In this document: piece by piece, positions 35,678 through 46,932 of the stretch | How the letters are laid out: each line of letters begins with the position of its first letter | Position numbering within the stretch: position 1 is the stretch's first letter | Source of the DNA: Alphaproteobacteria bacterium | GTDB lineage: Bacteria; Pseudomonadota; Alphaproteobacteria; Rs-D84 | NCBI GenBank assembly: GCA_017629245.1 | Contig: JAGBXO010000007.1 | Span: 14,100 to 78,099 of the forward strand | Length of the DNA: 64,000 nucleotides | Direction of reading: 5' to 3' | Program-made: the position numbers and the translations under genes | The notes under the pieces: model-generated | Database searches by the model: none | The model's input: the letters and a program-made list of their open reading frames with translations, nothing else | What the model was told of the DNA's origin: nothing

Positions 35678-38290
35678 TTAGTGCAATTTACCACAGCAAT
35701 GTTTGAACTTTTGACCTGAACCACACGGGCAAGGCGCATTACGACGCGAATTTAATGCCTCTTGATTAAGTTCTTGATCATGCTTTTGATGTTCCGCTTC
35801 AGTTGCATCAACCTGTTCGCGCGTCAATTCCATACGGCAAATTGTTGATATGGAAAAGACCTTAAAGTTCGTCACAGTATTCTTGAACAAATCCAATGCT
35901 TCGCGTTTGTATTCATACAACGGATTTTTCTGGGCATAACCACGCAATCCAATCGCACTTTGCAGATAGTCCATCTGTTGCAGATGCTTTTTCCACACGC
36001 TGTCCAACGCCCCCAACATCATCTGACGCATTGCCAATTGCATCAATTCTGGACCATATTTCTGTTTCTGTTGCTCAAAACGATACAGCCCCAATTTTTG
36101 CAACACTTCAAACGCCTTACGTTCTGTTATATTTTCATCTGTCTTCCAACGCTCTACATCGGTAATATCCAATGCAAACACACGCAACATAGAATTGCGA
36201 ATGCCATCAATATTCCAATCCGCTGATGTACCTTTCTCTGGGATATTATTTTCGCAAATCAGTTCAACAACATCACCAATCATTTCGCGTGCCAAATCCG
36301 ACAAATCTTCACTTGTCATCAAATCGTCGCGTTGTTTATAAATAACTGTACGCTGTTCATTTGCAACATCATCATATTTCAGCAATTCTTTACGCGCTTC
36401 AAAATAACGAGCTTCCACGCGTTTTTGCGCTTTTTCCAATGCTTTTGTAATCCACGGGTGCGTAATTGCTTCGCCTGGCTTCAACCCCAACGTTGTTAAC
36501 ATACCCTGCAAACGCGCAGCACCAAATATACGCATCAAATCGTCATCCAACGCCAAAAAGAACTTAGAATCACCTGGGTCACCCTGACGACCTGAACGAC
36601 CACGTAACTGATTATCAATACGGCGTGATTCATGTCGTTCCGTCCCAATAACATACAACCCGCCAACATCCAAAACTAACTTTTTGTTGGCTTCTATTAT
36701 ATCATAAATTTCCTTCTTTTTTTCTTCATAGTCAGGTGCTTCGACATCTAATTCTGCAATTAATTCTTCTGCATTACCCCCCAACTTAATATCTGTCCCA
36801 CGTCCCGCCATATTTGTTGCAATTGTCACTGCGCCTGGGGCACCTGCCTGGGCGACAATTTTTGCCTCAGACTGATGGTGTTTTGCATTCAAAACTGCCG
36901 GATTTATACCTAACTTTTCACGTACAATTTCCGCCAACTCTTCTGACTTTTCTATTGAAACAGTACCAACCAATACCGGCTGTTTACGTGCAACACAATC
37001 TGAAATCTGTTTTAAAATCGCTTCGTACTTTTCGTCTTTATTACGATAAATCTCGTCATGATGGTCAACACGCGCAACCGGACGATTTGTTGGAATTGAA
37101 ACTACACGCAACTTATAAATTTCTTCAAATTCCGCGGCCTCGGTCATGGCAGTCCCCGTCATCCCCGACAAAGTTGGATACAAACGGAACAAATTCTGAT
37201 ATGAAATACTGGACACTGTCTGATTTTCTGGCTGAACAGGTACATGTTCTTTGGCCTCAATCGCCTGGTGCAAGCCTTTGCCAAAACGACGTCCGGTCAT
37301 AACACGACCTGTAAATTCATCAACAATCAAGATTTCGCCATTGCGCACAACATAGTTTACATTTAACTGATACAAATGATGCGCCAACAATGCTTGCTGA
37401 ATATGCATAACCAGCGGCGCATTTTCAGATGCATACAAATTATCCCCAATCAATAAATTTGCTTCCTTTAACAGACGTGTCGCCGTATCGACACCTGATT
37501 CCGTCAATGTTACATGACGATCTTTTTCATCTTTCTTAAAATCACTTTCTGTAAATTGTGCAACAACTGCATCAACCTTGGCATACAGTTCACTTGTATC
37601 CTCGGCCGGACCTGAAATAATCAATGGGGTACGCGCTTCGTCAATCAAAATACTATCCACTTCGTCAACAATCGCATAAAAGAAAGGTCTTAATACCTGT
37701 TGTACCTTACTAAACTTCATATTGTCACGCAAATAATCAAAACCCAATTCTGAATTTGTTACATACGTAATATCACACGCATATGCCGCGCGTCTTTCCT
37801 CATCAGTCATATCATGTTGAATAATTCCAACCGTCAAACCCAAGAAACGATAAATTTCCCCCATCCAGTTCGCATCACGCGATGCCAAATAATCATTTAC
37901 CGTAATCAGGTGCGCCCCTTTGCCATGCAATGCCTTTAAAAACATTGCTAATGTCGCAACCAGTGTTTTTCCTTCACCTGTTTTCATTTCCGCAATCTGA
38001 CCATTTGTCAACACCATACCACCAATCATCTGAACATTAAAGTGGCGCAGCCCAATTGTACGAACCGATGCTTCGCGCACCAACGCAAAGGCATCTGGCA
38101 AAATATCTTTTTCATGTTCACCTGCAATTAAGCGCTCGCGCAAGGATACTGTTTGCGCGCGCAATTCATCATCTGTCATCGCATGATATTTCGGTTCCAA
38201 ATCATTGATCAAAGATACCGTCTTGTCATAACTTTTTACCAATCTGTCATTTGCAGAACCCAACAATTTACCAATTACATTTTTAATCAT
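35678..38290 (-). CDS. secA: Preprotein translocase ATPase SecA
   Basis: Walker A (MKTGEGKTLVATLA), the DEAD-like motor, and the C-terminal Zn finger CPCGSGQKFKHCCG. Confidence 0.9.
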   Translation of the reverse strand: MIKNVIGKLLGSANDRLVKSYDKTVSLINDLEPKYHAMTDDELRAQTVSLRERLIAGEHEKDILPDAFALVREASVRTIGLRHFNVQMIGGMVLTNGQIAEMKTGEGKTLVATLAMFLKALHGKGAHLITVNDYLASRDANWMGEIYRFLGLTVGIIQHDMTDEERRAAYACDITYVTNSELGFDYLRDNMKFSKVQQVLRPFFYAIVDEVDSILIDEARTPLIISGPAEDTSELYAKVDAVVAQFTESDFKKDEKDRHVTLTESGVDTATRLLKEANLLIGDNLYASENAPLVMHIQQALLAHHLYQLNVNYVVRNGEILIVDEFTGRVMTGRRFGKGLHQAIEAKEHVPVQPENQTVSSISYQNLFRLYPTLSGMTGTAMTEAAEFEEIYKLRVVSIPTNRPVARVDHHDEIYRNKDEKYEAILKQISDCVARKQPVLVGTVSIEKSEELAEIVREKLGINPAVLNAKHHQSEAKIVAQAGAPGAVTIATNMAGRGTDIKLGGNAEELIAELDVEAPDYEEKKKEIYDIIEANKKLVLDVGGLYVIGTERHESRRIDNQLRGRSGRQGDPGDSKFFLALDDDLMRIFGAARLQGMLTTLGLKPGEAITHPWITKALEKAQKRVEARYFEARKELLKYDDVANEQRTVIYKQRDDLMTSEDLSDLAREMIGDVVELICENNIPEKGTSADWNIDGIRNSMLRVFALDITDVERWKTDENITERKAFEVLQKLGLYRFEQQKQKYGPELMQLAMRQMMLGALDSVWKKHLQQMDYLQSAIGLRGYAQKNPLYEYKREALDLFKNTVTNFKVFSISTICRMELTREQVDATEAEHQKHDQELNQEALNSRRNAPCPCGSGQKFKHCCGKLH

Positions 38291-38440
38291 TTTTCTTCCT
38301 TATTTTATCACGCAATATATAGCAACTTTGCACCTTTCGGTCAATCACTTTATGATATAATAACATTATTTAAATTAAACAAGTGCAAAATGCAAAAAAA
38401 TCTGATAAAATGCCATGGCAAAGCAGGGGAGGATTAGCAT

Positions 38441-38654
38441 TATGCAAGAACAAATTCATAACTTAAATCCAAAAGATATCACCAGTGATGTTTACATTAT
38501 TGCACCAACACAAATTGAATATATCGCACGCTTGTTTGGCAACACCGTCGCCGACACAATGAACATGCGCACATTCGCACCAAAAATTCGCCAAATTGCC
38601 GAACAGGCATTACGACACGCACTACATTCCGCACGCACCCAGGGCGCAAAATAA
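38441..38654 (+). CDS. Small hypothetical protein (~70 aa), isolated between terminators
   Basis: GGGGAGGA RBS 9 nt upstream of the ATG at 38441, followed by two consecutive terminators. No recognised domain. Confidence 0.35.
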
Positions 38655-38684
38655 ACAATCCCTTAAATGGGATTTTTTTATAAC

Positions 38685-38711
38685 AAAAAACCCGCCAAAC
38701 GGCGGGTTTTT
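38685..38711. terminator. Bidirectional terminator (serves small ORF and giant gene 38733..45632)
   Basis: CCCGCC-aaac-GGCGGG hairpin with A6 upstream and T5 downstream. A second hairpin (TCCC-ttaaat-GGGA plus T7) lies at 38658..38680. Confidence 0.55.
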
Positions 38712-38732
38712 CCTTCCTTGATTACCTGCACA

Positions 38733-41700
38733 TTACCAAGACATATACCCTGGTTCACACGTGCGTTCACACTTCTTGCGTGATGCATTCCACTTTCGCG
38801 ATCCTGTTTCATCTGAATAGGTGTCGCATATCAGAACACATTCGTTGTTCTCCAGTGTGTACAATTCACCTTCATACATACAGGTCGCAATCTCACAACC
38901 TTCAACATAACTGCTAGCCGCCAACTCACCACCCGCGCTGTACATATTGTTGCAGCGTCCACACTGCTTCCACAGTTCATTTGTTTGGCTGCGGTCATTC
39001 GTATAGCCTGGGTCACACTTGGTTGCGACACAATCGCCCCATGTATTCTTCTTGTGATTCCATTCGCGTACACCAATACCATGTTCTAATTCACAGACCT
39101 GTTCATCTGCCTGACATGTATTTGCCCCCAGATGATAACCATCCGCACATTCTGTGATTACACATTCACCAAACGCTTGCTTTGAGGCATCCCAGACACG
39201 CGTCGCCGCAACAGCATTAGGAACAGAACATTCTACGGTATCAACTTCGCACGCCTGGCCATTTGGATGGAATCCACTGACACACGACTCTACAACACAG
39301 TTGCCACCATCTTTCTTGTATGACAATGCATTTTCGCGTGCACATGCCTGACATTTACCACCAACCATTTCATAGTTATAGTTACATGATCTTTCTACAC
39401 ATGTTCCATTAACTATGTCGCACGGATTCTTGGTAACAGACATACCGTCAAATCTGCACTGTACCGGATAATTTTCAGTACCAGACACAGGAATCGCTGT
39501 TCCATAAGTGATATCATACGCATCACATTTCAGATAGCAGTCCGAAATCTCTGACGAGCCCGCCGGTGCGAACTTATGTGTTCCCTTTGTCAGATCTGAA
39601 CACAGCTGTGGTTTGCCGCGTTCAATATCCGGTGTACAGATATTATTTGCTGGACATACCTTACATACACCATCACTCAAAGTGTACCCTGGACGACACA
39701 ATGTTATTTCACATGTATCTGTACCGTTTGCATAGTAGTCACGACCGAGCATTTCTTGGGCACTGCTTGCCAAAGAACAACTTGTATAGCACTGTTGTGC
39801 ACTTTCTGCCCCAGAATCAGATAACGCATACCCATCTGGACAGACTTCACGTCCACCTGTGCCAACACGCATTATCTTGACACCACCTGCGCAATATCCA
39901 CCTGTCGCACAATCAACCATTCCCATACCAGCCGTTGCAACATACTTACCCGCTGTTGTAATCAGATAACAATTATCAACAGACCCATTCTGCGCTGCAG
40001 ACTTTGTATAAACACCATCTGTCAATTCAGAACATTTATGTGGCGCGCCATTATCGTTGGCAGGGTCGCACACATTATCCGCAGGACATACCTTACATGC
40101 GCCACCCACAACTGTAAAACCAGCCTCACATAATGTAGCCTCACATGTATCAGCAACATCTGCGCCATAGTAATCTTTACCACTCATCGCTATCGCATTT
40201 TCCGTCAACGCACAACGCTGATAACATTGTGTTTCTGCACTTGCGCCAACAACTGATGAATAGCCCATACCAAACGCTGAACATGCCGAATTACCACCTG
40301 TGGCTGTATACACAACCTTTACACCACCCAAACAGTAATCGCCAACCTTACATGCTACTTCGCCTTGACCCGCAACCGCAACATACTTACCTGGTGTAGT
40401 TATCGTATAACAGCCATCTATTGACGAAGTGTTCTCTAACGACAAGGTATACTTACCATTGGTCAATTCAGAACATGTATGCGGTTTGCCACCATCATAG
40501 TTTGGATCGCACACGCTATTGGCCGGACAGCTGCCACATGTACCATTCGACAAGACAAATCCTGTCTCACACTGCACCGCCTCACATGTATCAACACCTG
40601 TTCCATAGAAGTCTTTTCCAGTCATTTGTGTAGCATGTGAATACATTGCACAGTTTGTATAGCACTGATTTTTCTCAGACGCCCCCGTTCCAGACATTGC
40701 ATAATCCAATGGGCACGCTTCACGACCACCTGTGCCTGTGCGATTTACATCAACGCCACCCGCACAGTATCCACCTGCCAGACAGTCAACTTCGCCTTGA
40801 CCCGCAGTCGCAACATACTTGCCCGCCGTCGTGGTCAGATAACAATTATCAACTGTACCTGTCTGTGCCGCAGACTTTGTATAAACTCCACCTGTCAACT
40901 CAGAACATTTATGTGGCGCGCCATTATCGTTGGCAGGGTCGCACACATTATCCGCAGGACATACCTTACATGCGCCACCTGCGACTGTAAAACCAGCCTC
41001 ACATAATGTAGCCACACATGTATCCGCAACATCTGCGCCATAGTAATCTTTACCACTCATCGCTATCGCATTTTCCGTCAACGCACAACTTTCTGTATAG
41101 CACATATCCGCGGTCTTTGTACCAGCAGCCGACATACTATATTTACCACCAGCCAGTGTCTTACACGCTGTATTTCCACCAACACCACTTACCATAACCT
41201 TGGTGCCACCCGGACAGAAATCACCGGCCTTACATTCAACTTCACCCTTGCCAGCGGTCGCAACATACTTACCTGCGGTCGTAATCAGATAACATTCTGA
41301 CGCACCAGCTTCCGAAGTATATCCCGCAGGGCAGGTTACACAACTGCTTTTCTGACCATAATATACATTATGTTCGGTCTTGTATGTTCCTGCATTACAT
41401 GTTGCAAACGCATCACCATTCCAGTACTTACCATCCGCAACCACCACATAACACTTGTCAGGTGTACTTGCCCCACTGGCTGTCACGCCACTTTGCCATG
41501 CAACATCATCTGACAAATCAGCACACGATAAGTTACCACCAGAATTGCCATACGATACCTTTATATCACCCGGACAATAATAAGGCACAACACAGGTCTT
41601 AACAACGTTATCCATAATGTATTTGCCTGCCACTGTCAAAGTATAGCAATCATCAATACTATCGCTATTTGCTGCACTGCTTGCAAACACTCCATCTGTT

Positions 41701-44700
41701 TCGGTTGCACAACTACGCTTCGTACCATTGCTACAATAACTGCCCGCTTCACAAGCTGTACAACTGCTGGTATTCCCATAAGAAACCAAAACCGCATCCG
41801 ATGTATAGTTTCCTGCTGGACAAACCGTCATTTCCGCCCCTTTTGCCGTAGCCAGATAAGAGCCCTTAGGTACAGAAATCTGACATTGTGATTCATCACT
41901 GTACCCTGTACCACCATCATCATAGCCACTTGGACATTCGGTACGACAACCTGCAACACCAATTGTTACCTTGCCTTCACCAGGACAATAATACCCCTTT
42001 GGACATGTCACAAAAGAAGTCCCATTATAGTACATACCCGGCTGACACATCTCAACATTTATTACCCATTTTGCGTACAAGGTCTTATTTGCCGTGCACC
42101 CGCCCGCTGGGATTGATGATATCGCACTGCCTGCGGTTGCAACATTATCATACCAACCTTCAAAGCGGTAATCCTCACGCGAGATCTGGGCTGCCGTTGG
42201 CAATACGATTACCCCCGTTTCAACAGTACATTGTGAAACCTGGGTATAGTTACTACCTATCTTGCCCCCATTTGTTTCCAATGTTAAACCGTATACGACC
42301 GCATCACAAACAGGATTATATGCACCATTATTCTGCAAATTATCGTAATTAGACTTACATTCCGTTGCATAAGTACAAACCCCTAACGGTGCTGTCAAAT
42401 TACATTTTGCACCATTACCCGCAGCACAGGCTGTACACGCCTTCCACACAGGATACAGCGTAACCGTTGTATTGTTAACCTGTGTCAAATTAACAACCTT
42501 CTGCCCATCGGTATATTCCGGCGTTGCTGCATTTGGCTCTGTCGCCCATCCCATGAACTGACGATCATTCGTTGCCGAAGTAAAGGCATTCGGAGTCAAA
42601 TTCAATGGTTCATCACAGGTATGAGTAACACTTTCCATAACCCCTGAAGCACCTGCGGCATTGTATTTAACTGTATATGTATTCACATTCCACCATGCAT
42701 ACAATGTAGTATCTGCGGATACATCTGGCGCATCCAATATAGCCCCCATTGCATCTATCACACGAACACCACCTTCCAATGCCGTTCTCTTGGTATAATA
42801 TCCTGCGAAGGTATAACATGGACGCACCGGAACCGCAACCTTAGAAATCTTATCCGTTGCTGCAGCATTACTATACCAGCCAGTATTATACTTCTCGTAT
42901 ATAGTATTATTTGCTGTTTCGCCACCATTGACATCCAATGTAAAGGTGTAAACATGTGGTGTACACAGTTCCTCTGGCGCAGACGCCGAACCATCTGTCG
43001 GATCTATATCAGCACTCTCATTCTTATCATAGCCCGTATTACATGTGAACGATGAATCAGGGCAAACATATGCAGCTGCAGAACCAGGCAACGGCTTATC
43101 AGTACCATAGAACAAATATCCACCGCCTAATACAGAGTGAGTTGAATTATACGTACATGTTCCCATTTCTTCCAATGGACAGATCGGTGCAGTACATGGC
43201 AAATCAACAGACTTAAAGCACGCTGTTGCCCCTGTATTAGAATCTGCAACATATTTTACCAACGAAGGATACGATGTTTTGAACGAACCATCGCCCAACG
43301 TCGTACATGATACACAACTACCATCTTCAATATCTCCTGTTGGAGTATAGTATGTGCCAGCCTTACAAGATACCTTGATTATATCACAATAGGTACTATC
43401 AGAACTTCCTGGTGCAGCCACACACATATCAGGATTTGCTTTATAAGTCACTCCCCTAAATCTAAGATCATTGTATTGGCAATTGTTCGCGCCCTTGGCT
43501 TCACATTCTGCATCATCATGTGAACACCAGCATTTCGGTACTTCTTTATAACATTGTCCTTCTTCAGATGCGCCAGCAACACTATTTGGATAATCTGACG
43601 GACATTCTGCGACCGGACATGTTTCAGATGTTTCCGTGCTCCATTTTCCACCGGCACAATACTTGCCTGCAGGACATTCCTCTACTTGACCAGACTCTTT
43701 GTTATAGTATGTACCTGGTGCACATTCACCATCTGCCATCCATTGTGCAAACAATGTAATATCACTATCGATATCCCACTTTGCAGGTACTCCATTCATA
43801 TTGTAATACTGTACACCACCTGTCTGTGCAGAGTAGTACCCCTTGAATATAAAGTCTGTCTTCGTTGGCATAACAGCATCTGGCAACACCTCGCCAAATG
43901 TTGCAATCACGGACGCGGTACCACCGACACCACCATTTTTATCAAATGTCACAGTATATGTATTAGCAGTCCACTTAGCATACAATTTGTAATCTGACAA
44001 ACATGCACCCTTTGCAATCACTGTAATCGGACTTCCTGTAAAATCAGAATTCTGATACCAACCACCAAATGTATAGCCCGTTTTTGTTGGCTTTGGCAGG
44101 GTTATATCCGCCGTTTCAACAGTACATGAGCTTGGTGTTACACTGCTGCCTCCAACAATTGTGCCACCATTTGCATTCATTGATATATTGTATTTTACAA
44201 CCGTACAGGTTTCTGCACCTGTTTGCCCATTCGTTGAATATCCATCCATACATGTTGCACAACTATCTTTGTCTCCATACAAAACAGGATGTTCTGGCAA
44301 TACAGTATTTTCTGGGCAGACCTTAACTTCTGCTGCATCAAAATCAAAATAATGCCCCGCCTGGATAGATGTTACACAATTGCTAGGAGTAGACAGACCT
44401 ATTTTACCATGTCCATTATCCTTCCATTCTAAGCCAGCATACTCTAACTGAGCGCATGTTTTCGCGCCACCTGTTGAACCATAATACACTGTCACACCAC
44501 CCGGACAATAATACCCAGCACTACAGGTAACTTGTTTTGCATTCTCTAAAGCAACATAATTACCCGGCGTTGTTACCAAATAACACTGATTTTCTGCAGT
44601 TGCTCCTTTGTTGCTGGTATACCCAATCGCACACGAATATGCGACACCTGCAATGCAATAACTGCCTTCAGGACATATTGCAGGTGCACTCACACCCGAC

Positions 44701-45632
44701 ACACAAACTTCCCCATTGGCACAGGCATACATTCCAGCCGCCTCAGCACCAACATATTCTTCCCCACCTGGGCAGTAATTACCTGCTTCGCACACAAGAA
44801 CTTCTCTGCCGTTCCAATAATAACCAGACGCCAACACCCCAGATTCTGGCACACACGATGCAGAACCTGCCTCTGAAGTATATCCTGCCTCACACGGTGT
44901 ACAAGCTGTCCCCGTTGTACCATATGCAACCAATCCCCCTTCACTGTAAGTGCCCGCTTCACATGTGCCAACAGAAATAGCTCCATCAACCCAATCTGCC
45001 GACTTCAAATAACTGCCTGCCGGCATAACAAATTCGCATTCGGCAATCGATACTGCAACAACATCACCATATGTTTTCAGCTGATAATCACCAATGGCAG
45101 GACAGGCGACCGCTCCATTGCCAATCGCCCCATCTTCTGTACGAAGATCAGCATAAATTTTACCACCCGGATAATAATACAAATGCCCTTCATTCGAGCT
45201 AACCCCTGTTGCAAAAGCGTTTTTCGCAACATCATAATATTGACCAGCCCCAACATTAGCAACAAAGCAATCTCCCTCCTCATCACTTTGCAATACACTA
45301 GAAGGGAAGTCTGTTGGACATTTTGTCGCTACAACCGCACCAGAAATACAATAAGAACCAGCTGGACACTCCATCTGTGCACATCCATCCTTCATATTAC
45401 CTTCACCAGGGCAGTAATAACCCGCCGGACACGGTTTTGCAACATTACCTTCATACGCATATCCTGCATCACAGCCATTGGCAGAATACAGTGCCGTAAA
45501 GGTCACATCTTTGGTATAGTTAAAGTTTTCTATCACTTCTCCAGGCAAATATGTCACAGCGAACGATTCGGATGCGCCAAAAACAGACGCAAAAAAAGCC
45601 AGAATTCCTGATATTAAGTGCTTCAATTTCAT
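38733..45632 (-). CDS. Giant (2299 aa) secreted cysteine-rich surface protein with Listeria-Bacteroides (Flg_new) repeats and tandem ~145-aa Cys-rich modules
   Basis: Clean signal peptide MKLKHLISGILAFFASVFGASESFA. At least 6 Flg_new-type repeats (YTVTFDKNGG…GYTFGGWY…LYAKW). Repeated modules …CY..TTxGKYVA.AGxGEVxCxxGxYCxGG… are paralogous to the 17272..24390 protein. Confidence 0.65.
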   Translation of the reverse strand: MKLKHLISGILAFFASVFGASESFAVTYLPGEVIENFNYTKDVTFTALYSANGCDAGYAYEGNVAKPCPAGYYCPGEGNMKDGCAQMECPAGSYCISGAVVATKCPTDFPSSVLQSDEEGDCFVANVGAGQYYDVAKNAFATGVSSNEGHLYYYPGGKIYADLRTEDGAIGNGAVACPAIGDYQLKTYGDVVAVSIAECEFVMPAGSYLKSADWVDGAISVGTCEAGTYSEGGLVAYGTTGTACTPCEAGYTSEAGSASCVPESGVLASGYYWNGREVLVCEAGNYCPGGEEYVGAEAAGMYACANGEVCVSGVSAPAICPEGSYCIAGVAYSCAIGYTSNKGATAENQCYLVTTPGNYVALENAKQVTCSAGYYCPGGVTVYYGSTGGAKTCAQLEYAGLEWKDNGHGKIGLSTPSNCVTSIQAGHYFDFDAAEVKVCPENTVLPEHPVLYGDKDSCATCMDGYSTNGQTGAETCTVVKYNISMNANGGTIVGGSSVTPSSCTVETADITLPKPTKTGYTFGGWYQNSDFTGSPITVIAKGACLSDYKLYAKWTANTYTVTFDKNGGVGGTASVIATFGEVLPDAVMPTKTDFIFKGYYSAQTGGVQYYNMNGVPAKWDIDSDITLFAQWMADGECAPGTYYNKESGQVEECPAGKYCAGGKWSTETSETCPVAECPSDYPNSVAGASEEGQCYKEVPKCWCSHDDAECEAKGANNCQYNDLRFRGVTYKANPDMCVAAPGSSDSTYCDIIKVSCKAGTYYTPTGDIEDGSCVSCTTLGDGSFKTSYPSLVKYVADSNTGATACFKSVDLPCTAPICPLEEMGTCTYNSTHSVLGGGYLFYGTDKPLPGSAAAYVCPDSSFTCNTGYDKNESADIDPTDGSASAPEELCTPHVYTFTLDVNGGETANNTIYEKYNTGWYSNAAATDKISKVAVPVRPCYTFAGYYTKRTALEGGVRVIDAMGAILDAPDVSADTTLYAWWNVNTYTVKYNAAGASGVMESVTHTCDEPLNLTPNAFTSATNDRQFMGWATEPNAATPEYTDGQKVVNLTQVNNTTVTLYPVWKACTACAAGNGAKCNLTAPLGVCTYATECKSNYDNLQNNGAYNPVCDAVVYGLTLETNGGKIGSNYTQVSQCTVETGVIVLPTAAQISREDYRFEGWYDNVATAGSAISSIPAGGCTANKTLYAKWVINVEMCQPGMYYNGTSFVTCPKGYYCPGEGKVTIGVAGCRTECPSGYDDGGTGYSDESQCQISVPKGSYLATAKGAEMTVCPAGNYTSDAVLVSYGNTSSCTACEAGSYCSNGTKRSCATETDGVFASSAANSDSIDDCYTLTVAGKYIMDNVVKTCVVPYYCPGDIKVSYGNSGGNLSCADLSDDVAWQSGVTASGASTPDKCYVVVADGKYWNGDAFATCNAGTYKTEHNVYYGQKSSCVTCPAGYTSEAGASECYLITTAGKYVATAGKGEVECKAGDFCPGGTKVMVSGVGGNTACKTLAGGKYSMSAAGTKTADMCYTESCALTENAIAMSGKDYYGADVADTCVATLCEAGFTVAGGACKVCPADNVCDPANDNGAPHKCSELTGGVYTKSAAQTGTVDNCYLTTTAGKYVATAGQGEVDCLAGGYCAGGVDVNRTGTGGREACPLDYAMSGTGASEKNQCYTNCAMYSHATQMTGKDFYGTGVDTCEAVQCETGFVLSNGTCGSCPANSVCDPNYDGGKPHTCSELTNGKYTLSLENTSSIDGCYTITTPGKYVAVAGQGEVACKVGDYCLGGVKVVYTATGGNSACSAFGMGYSSVVGASAETQCYQRCALTENAIAMSGKDYYGADVADTCEATLCEAGFTVVGGACKVCPADNVCDPANDNGAPHKCSELTDGVYTKSAAQNGSVDNCYLITTAGKYVATAGMGMVDCATGGYCAGGVKIMRVGTGGREVCPDGYALSDSGAESAQQCYTSCSLASSAQEMLGRDYYANGTDTCEITLCRPGYTLSDGVCKVCPANNICTPDIERGKPQLCSDLTKGTHKFAPAGSSEISDCYLKCDAYDITYGTAIPVSGTENYPVQCRFDGMSVTKNPCDIVNGTCVERSCNYNYEMVGGKCQACARENALSYKKDGGNCVVESCVSGFHPNGQACEVDTVECSVPNAVAATRVWDASKQAFGECVITECADGYHLGANTCQADEQVCELEHGIGVREWNHKKNTWGDCVATKCDPGYTNDRSQTNELWKQCGRCNNMYSAGGELAASSYVEGCEIATCMYEGELYTLENNECVLICDTYSDETGSRKWNASRKKCERTCEPGYMSW
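39925..41090 (-). repeat. Near-identical ~290-bp direct DNA repeats (approx. 39925-40215 and 40800-41090) within the giant gene, separated by a diverged copy
   Basis: Long exact matches, e.g. cagaacatttatgtggcgcgccattatcgttggcagggtcgcacacattatccgcaggacataccttacatgcgccacc and catctgcgccatagtaatctttaccactcatcgctatcgcattttccgtcaacgcacaac, occur in both copies. They encode CALTENAIAMSGKDYYGADVADTC…KVCPADNVCDPANDNGAPHKCSELT… twice. Confidence 0.6.
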
Positions 45633-45771
45633 GTACTTACCCTCTCATTAATATGAATCCTAGAAAAAAAACAGCCTTTTGGGCAAGTGAAAAATAATAA
45701 AAAAAACTTTATTTTATCGGCTGTATATACAGATATGACAAACCATTTCTTAGGCAACCCAAAGACACAAC

Positions 45772-46890
45772 TTAACGTTGTGCTTTTTTTGTCAATTCTT
45801 CAAACATTTCTTTAAATAAAATATGCGCACGTTCTAATGCACCCGCACGCCATCTAACATCTGATGGATACCAACTTTCCGTTAAATTGGCCCAAGTTTG
45901 TGGATTAATTTTTCCATGATTAATCAAATCATAGCGTGCATCACCCATATCCATTCTTTTGTAAATTGGTGACATAATTGGAAACTCGCCAGTACCAATT
46001 TCAAAGTCGGCTGTATATACAGGCAATTTTGGCGTTGCATATCGTGCCTCCAGACAATCAACCAAATCGCCCAACAGGGTTGGTCCATTTACCGCTAACT
46101 CATCAGAAACAATTTCCGTACCACGCAACATATCTGAAAAATACCGCGTATTTTCATGCTGTTTTGGATGCGACACCAACAAATGAGATGATACGTATGC
46201 ACGTTTTCTGTTAAATCGCCCCAGACCTGTATGTAAACCAATAGAAGTCAACGATTTTGCACCACACATAAGATTATCATATATACTTAACGCCATTTTA
46301 TTTTCTGTCATAGGCGCCATACCGCCATAGAACAACCCATACGGATGTTTATACTGCCCATAACTAATCGCACTCCATACACCATCACGCAAATGTTTCT
46401 GACGAAATTCTTTAATTTGGTTTTTCTTTTTAATTTTGTCTGGTCTTGACAACAGCAAATCATGTGCCAAATCGTACTTTGGATTTTGGGGCAGGGCAGA
46501 TTTATTATCAAAATCAACCCCAAAGTTTCTATTTAAATCAACCAAACCACCATGCGTCTTGTCCATAACTTCACGCATGCGGTTTTGCATTCCCCAACCA
46601 TTGATAACATGCACCAAAACAATTTTATATTCATCTAATAATTTTGTCGGCAAATTATCCGCCATCTTATCCAGGAACATATTTTGCGCAGCGCTGCCAA
46701 AATAGCCTTCAATTCCATGCACACCTGAATTAATCACAACAAGATTTTCGCCATTACCAATTGTCAGATATGGAATATCGTATTCATGCCCTGAAACAAC
46801 ACACCACCGCAACACACCACGACCTTGTGCATTTTTAATAAATTTATCCGTTGCCTGATACCAATTTTCTGAATAGTAATCTTGAAACAT
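45772..46890 (-). CDS. M14-like zinc carboxypeptidase / succinylglutamate-desuccinylase-fold protein (DUF2817-like)
   Basis: VINSGVHGIEGYFGS resembles the HxxE zinc-binding motif of the M14/AstE-AspA fold; 372 aa. Confidence 0.45.
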   Translation of the reverse strand: MFQDYYSENWYQATDKFIKNAQGRGVLRWCVVSGHEYDIPYLTIGNGENLVVINSGVHGIEGYFGSAAQNMFLDKMADNLPTKLLDEYKIVLVHVINGWGMQNRMREVMDKTHGGLVDLNRNFGVDFDNKSALPQNPKYDLAHDLLLSRPDKIKKKNQIKEFRQKHLRDGVWSAISYGQYKHPYGLFYGGMAPMTENKMALSIYDNLMCGAKSLTSIGLHTGLGRFNRKRAYVSSHLLVSHPKQHENTRYFSDMLRGTEIVSDELAVNGPTLLGDLVDCLEARYATPKLPVYTADFEIGTGEFPIMSPIYKRMDMGDARYDLINHGKINPQTWANLTESWYPSDVRWRAGALERAHILFKEMFEELTKKAQR

Positions 46891-46932
46891 AATTTTGCCT
46901 TTGGTTTTCTTCTCTCTCCCGCAGGCCCTGTA

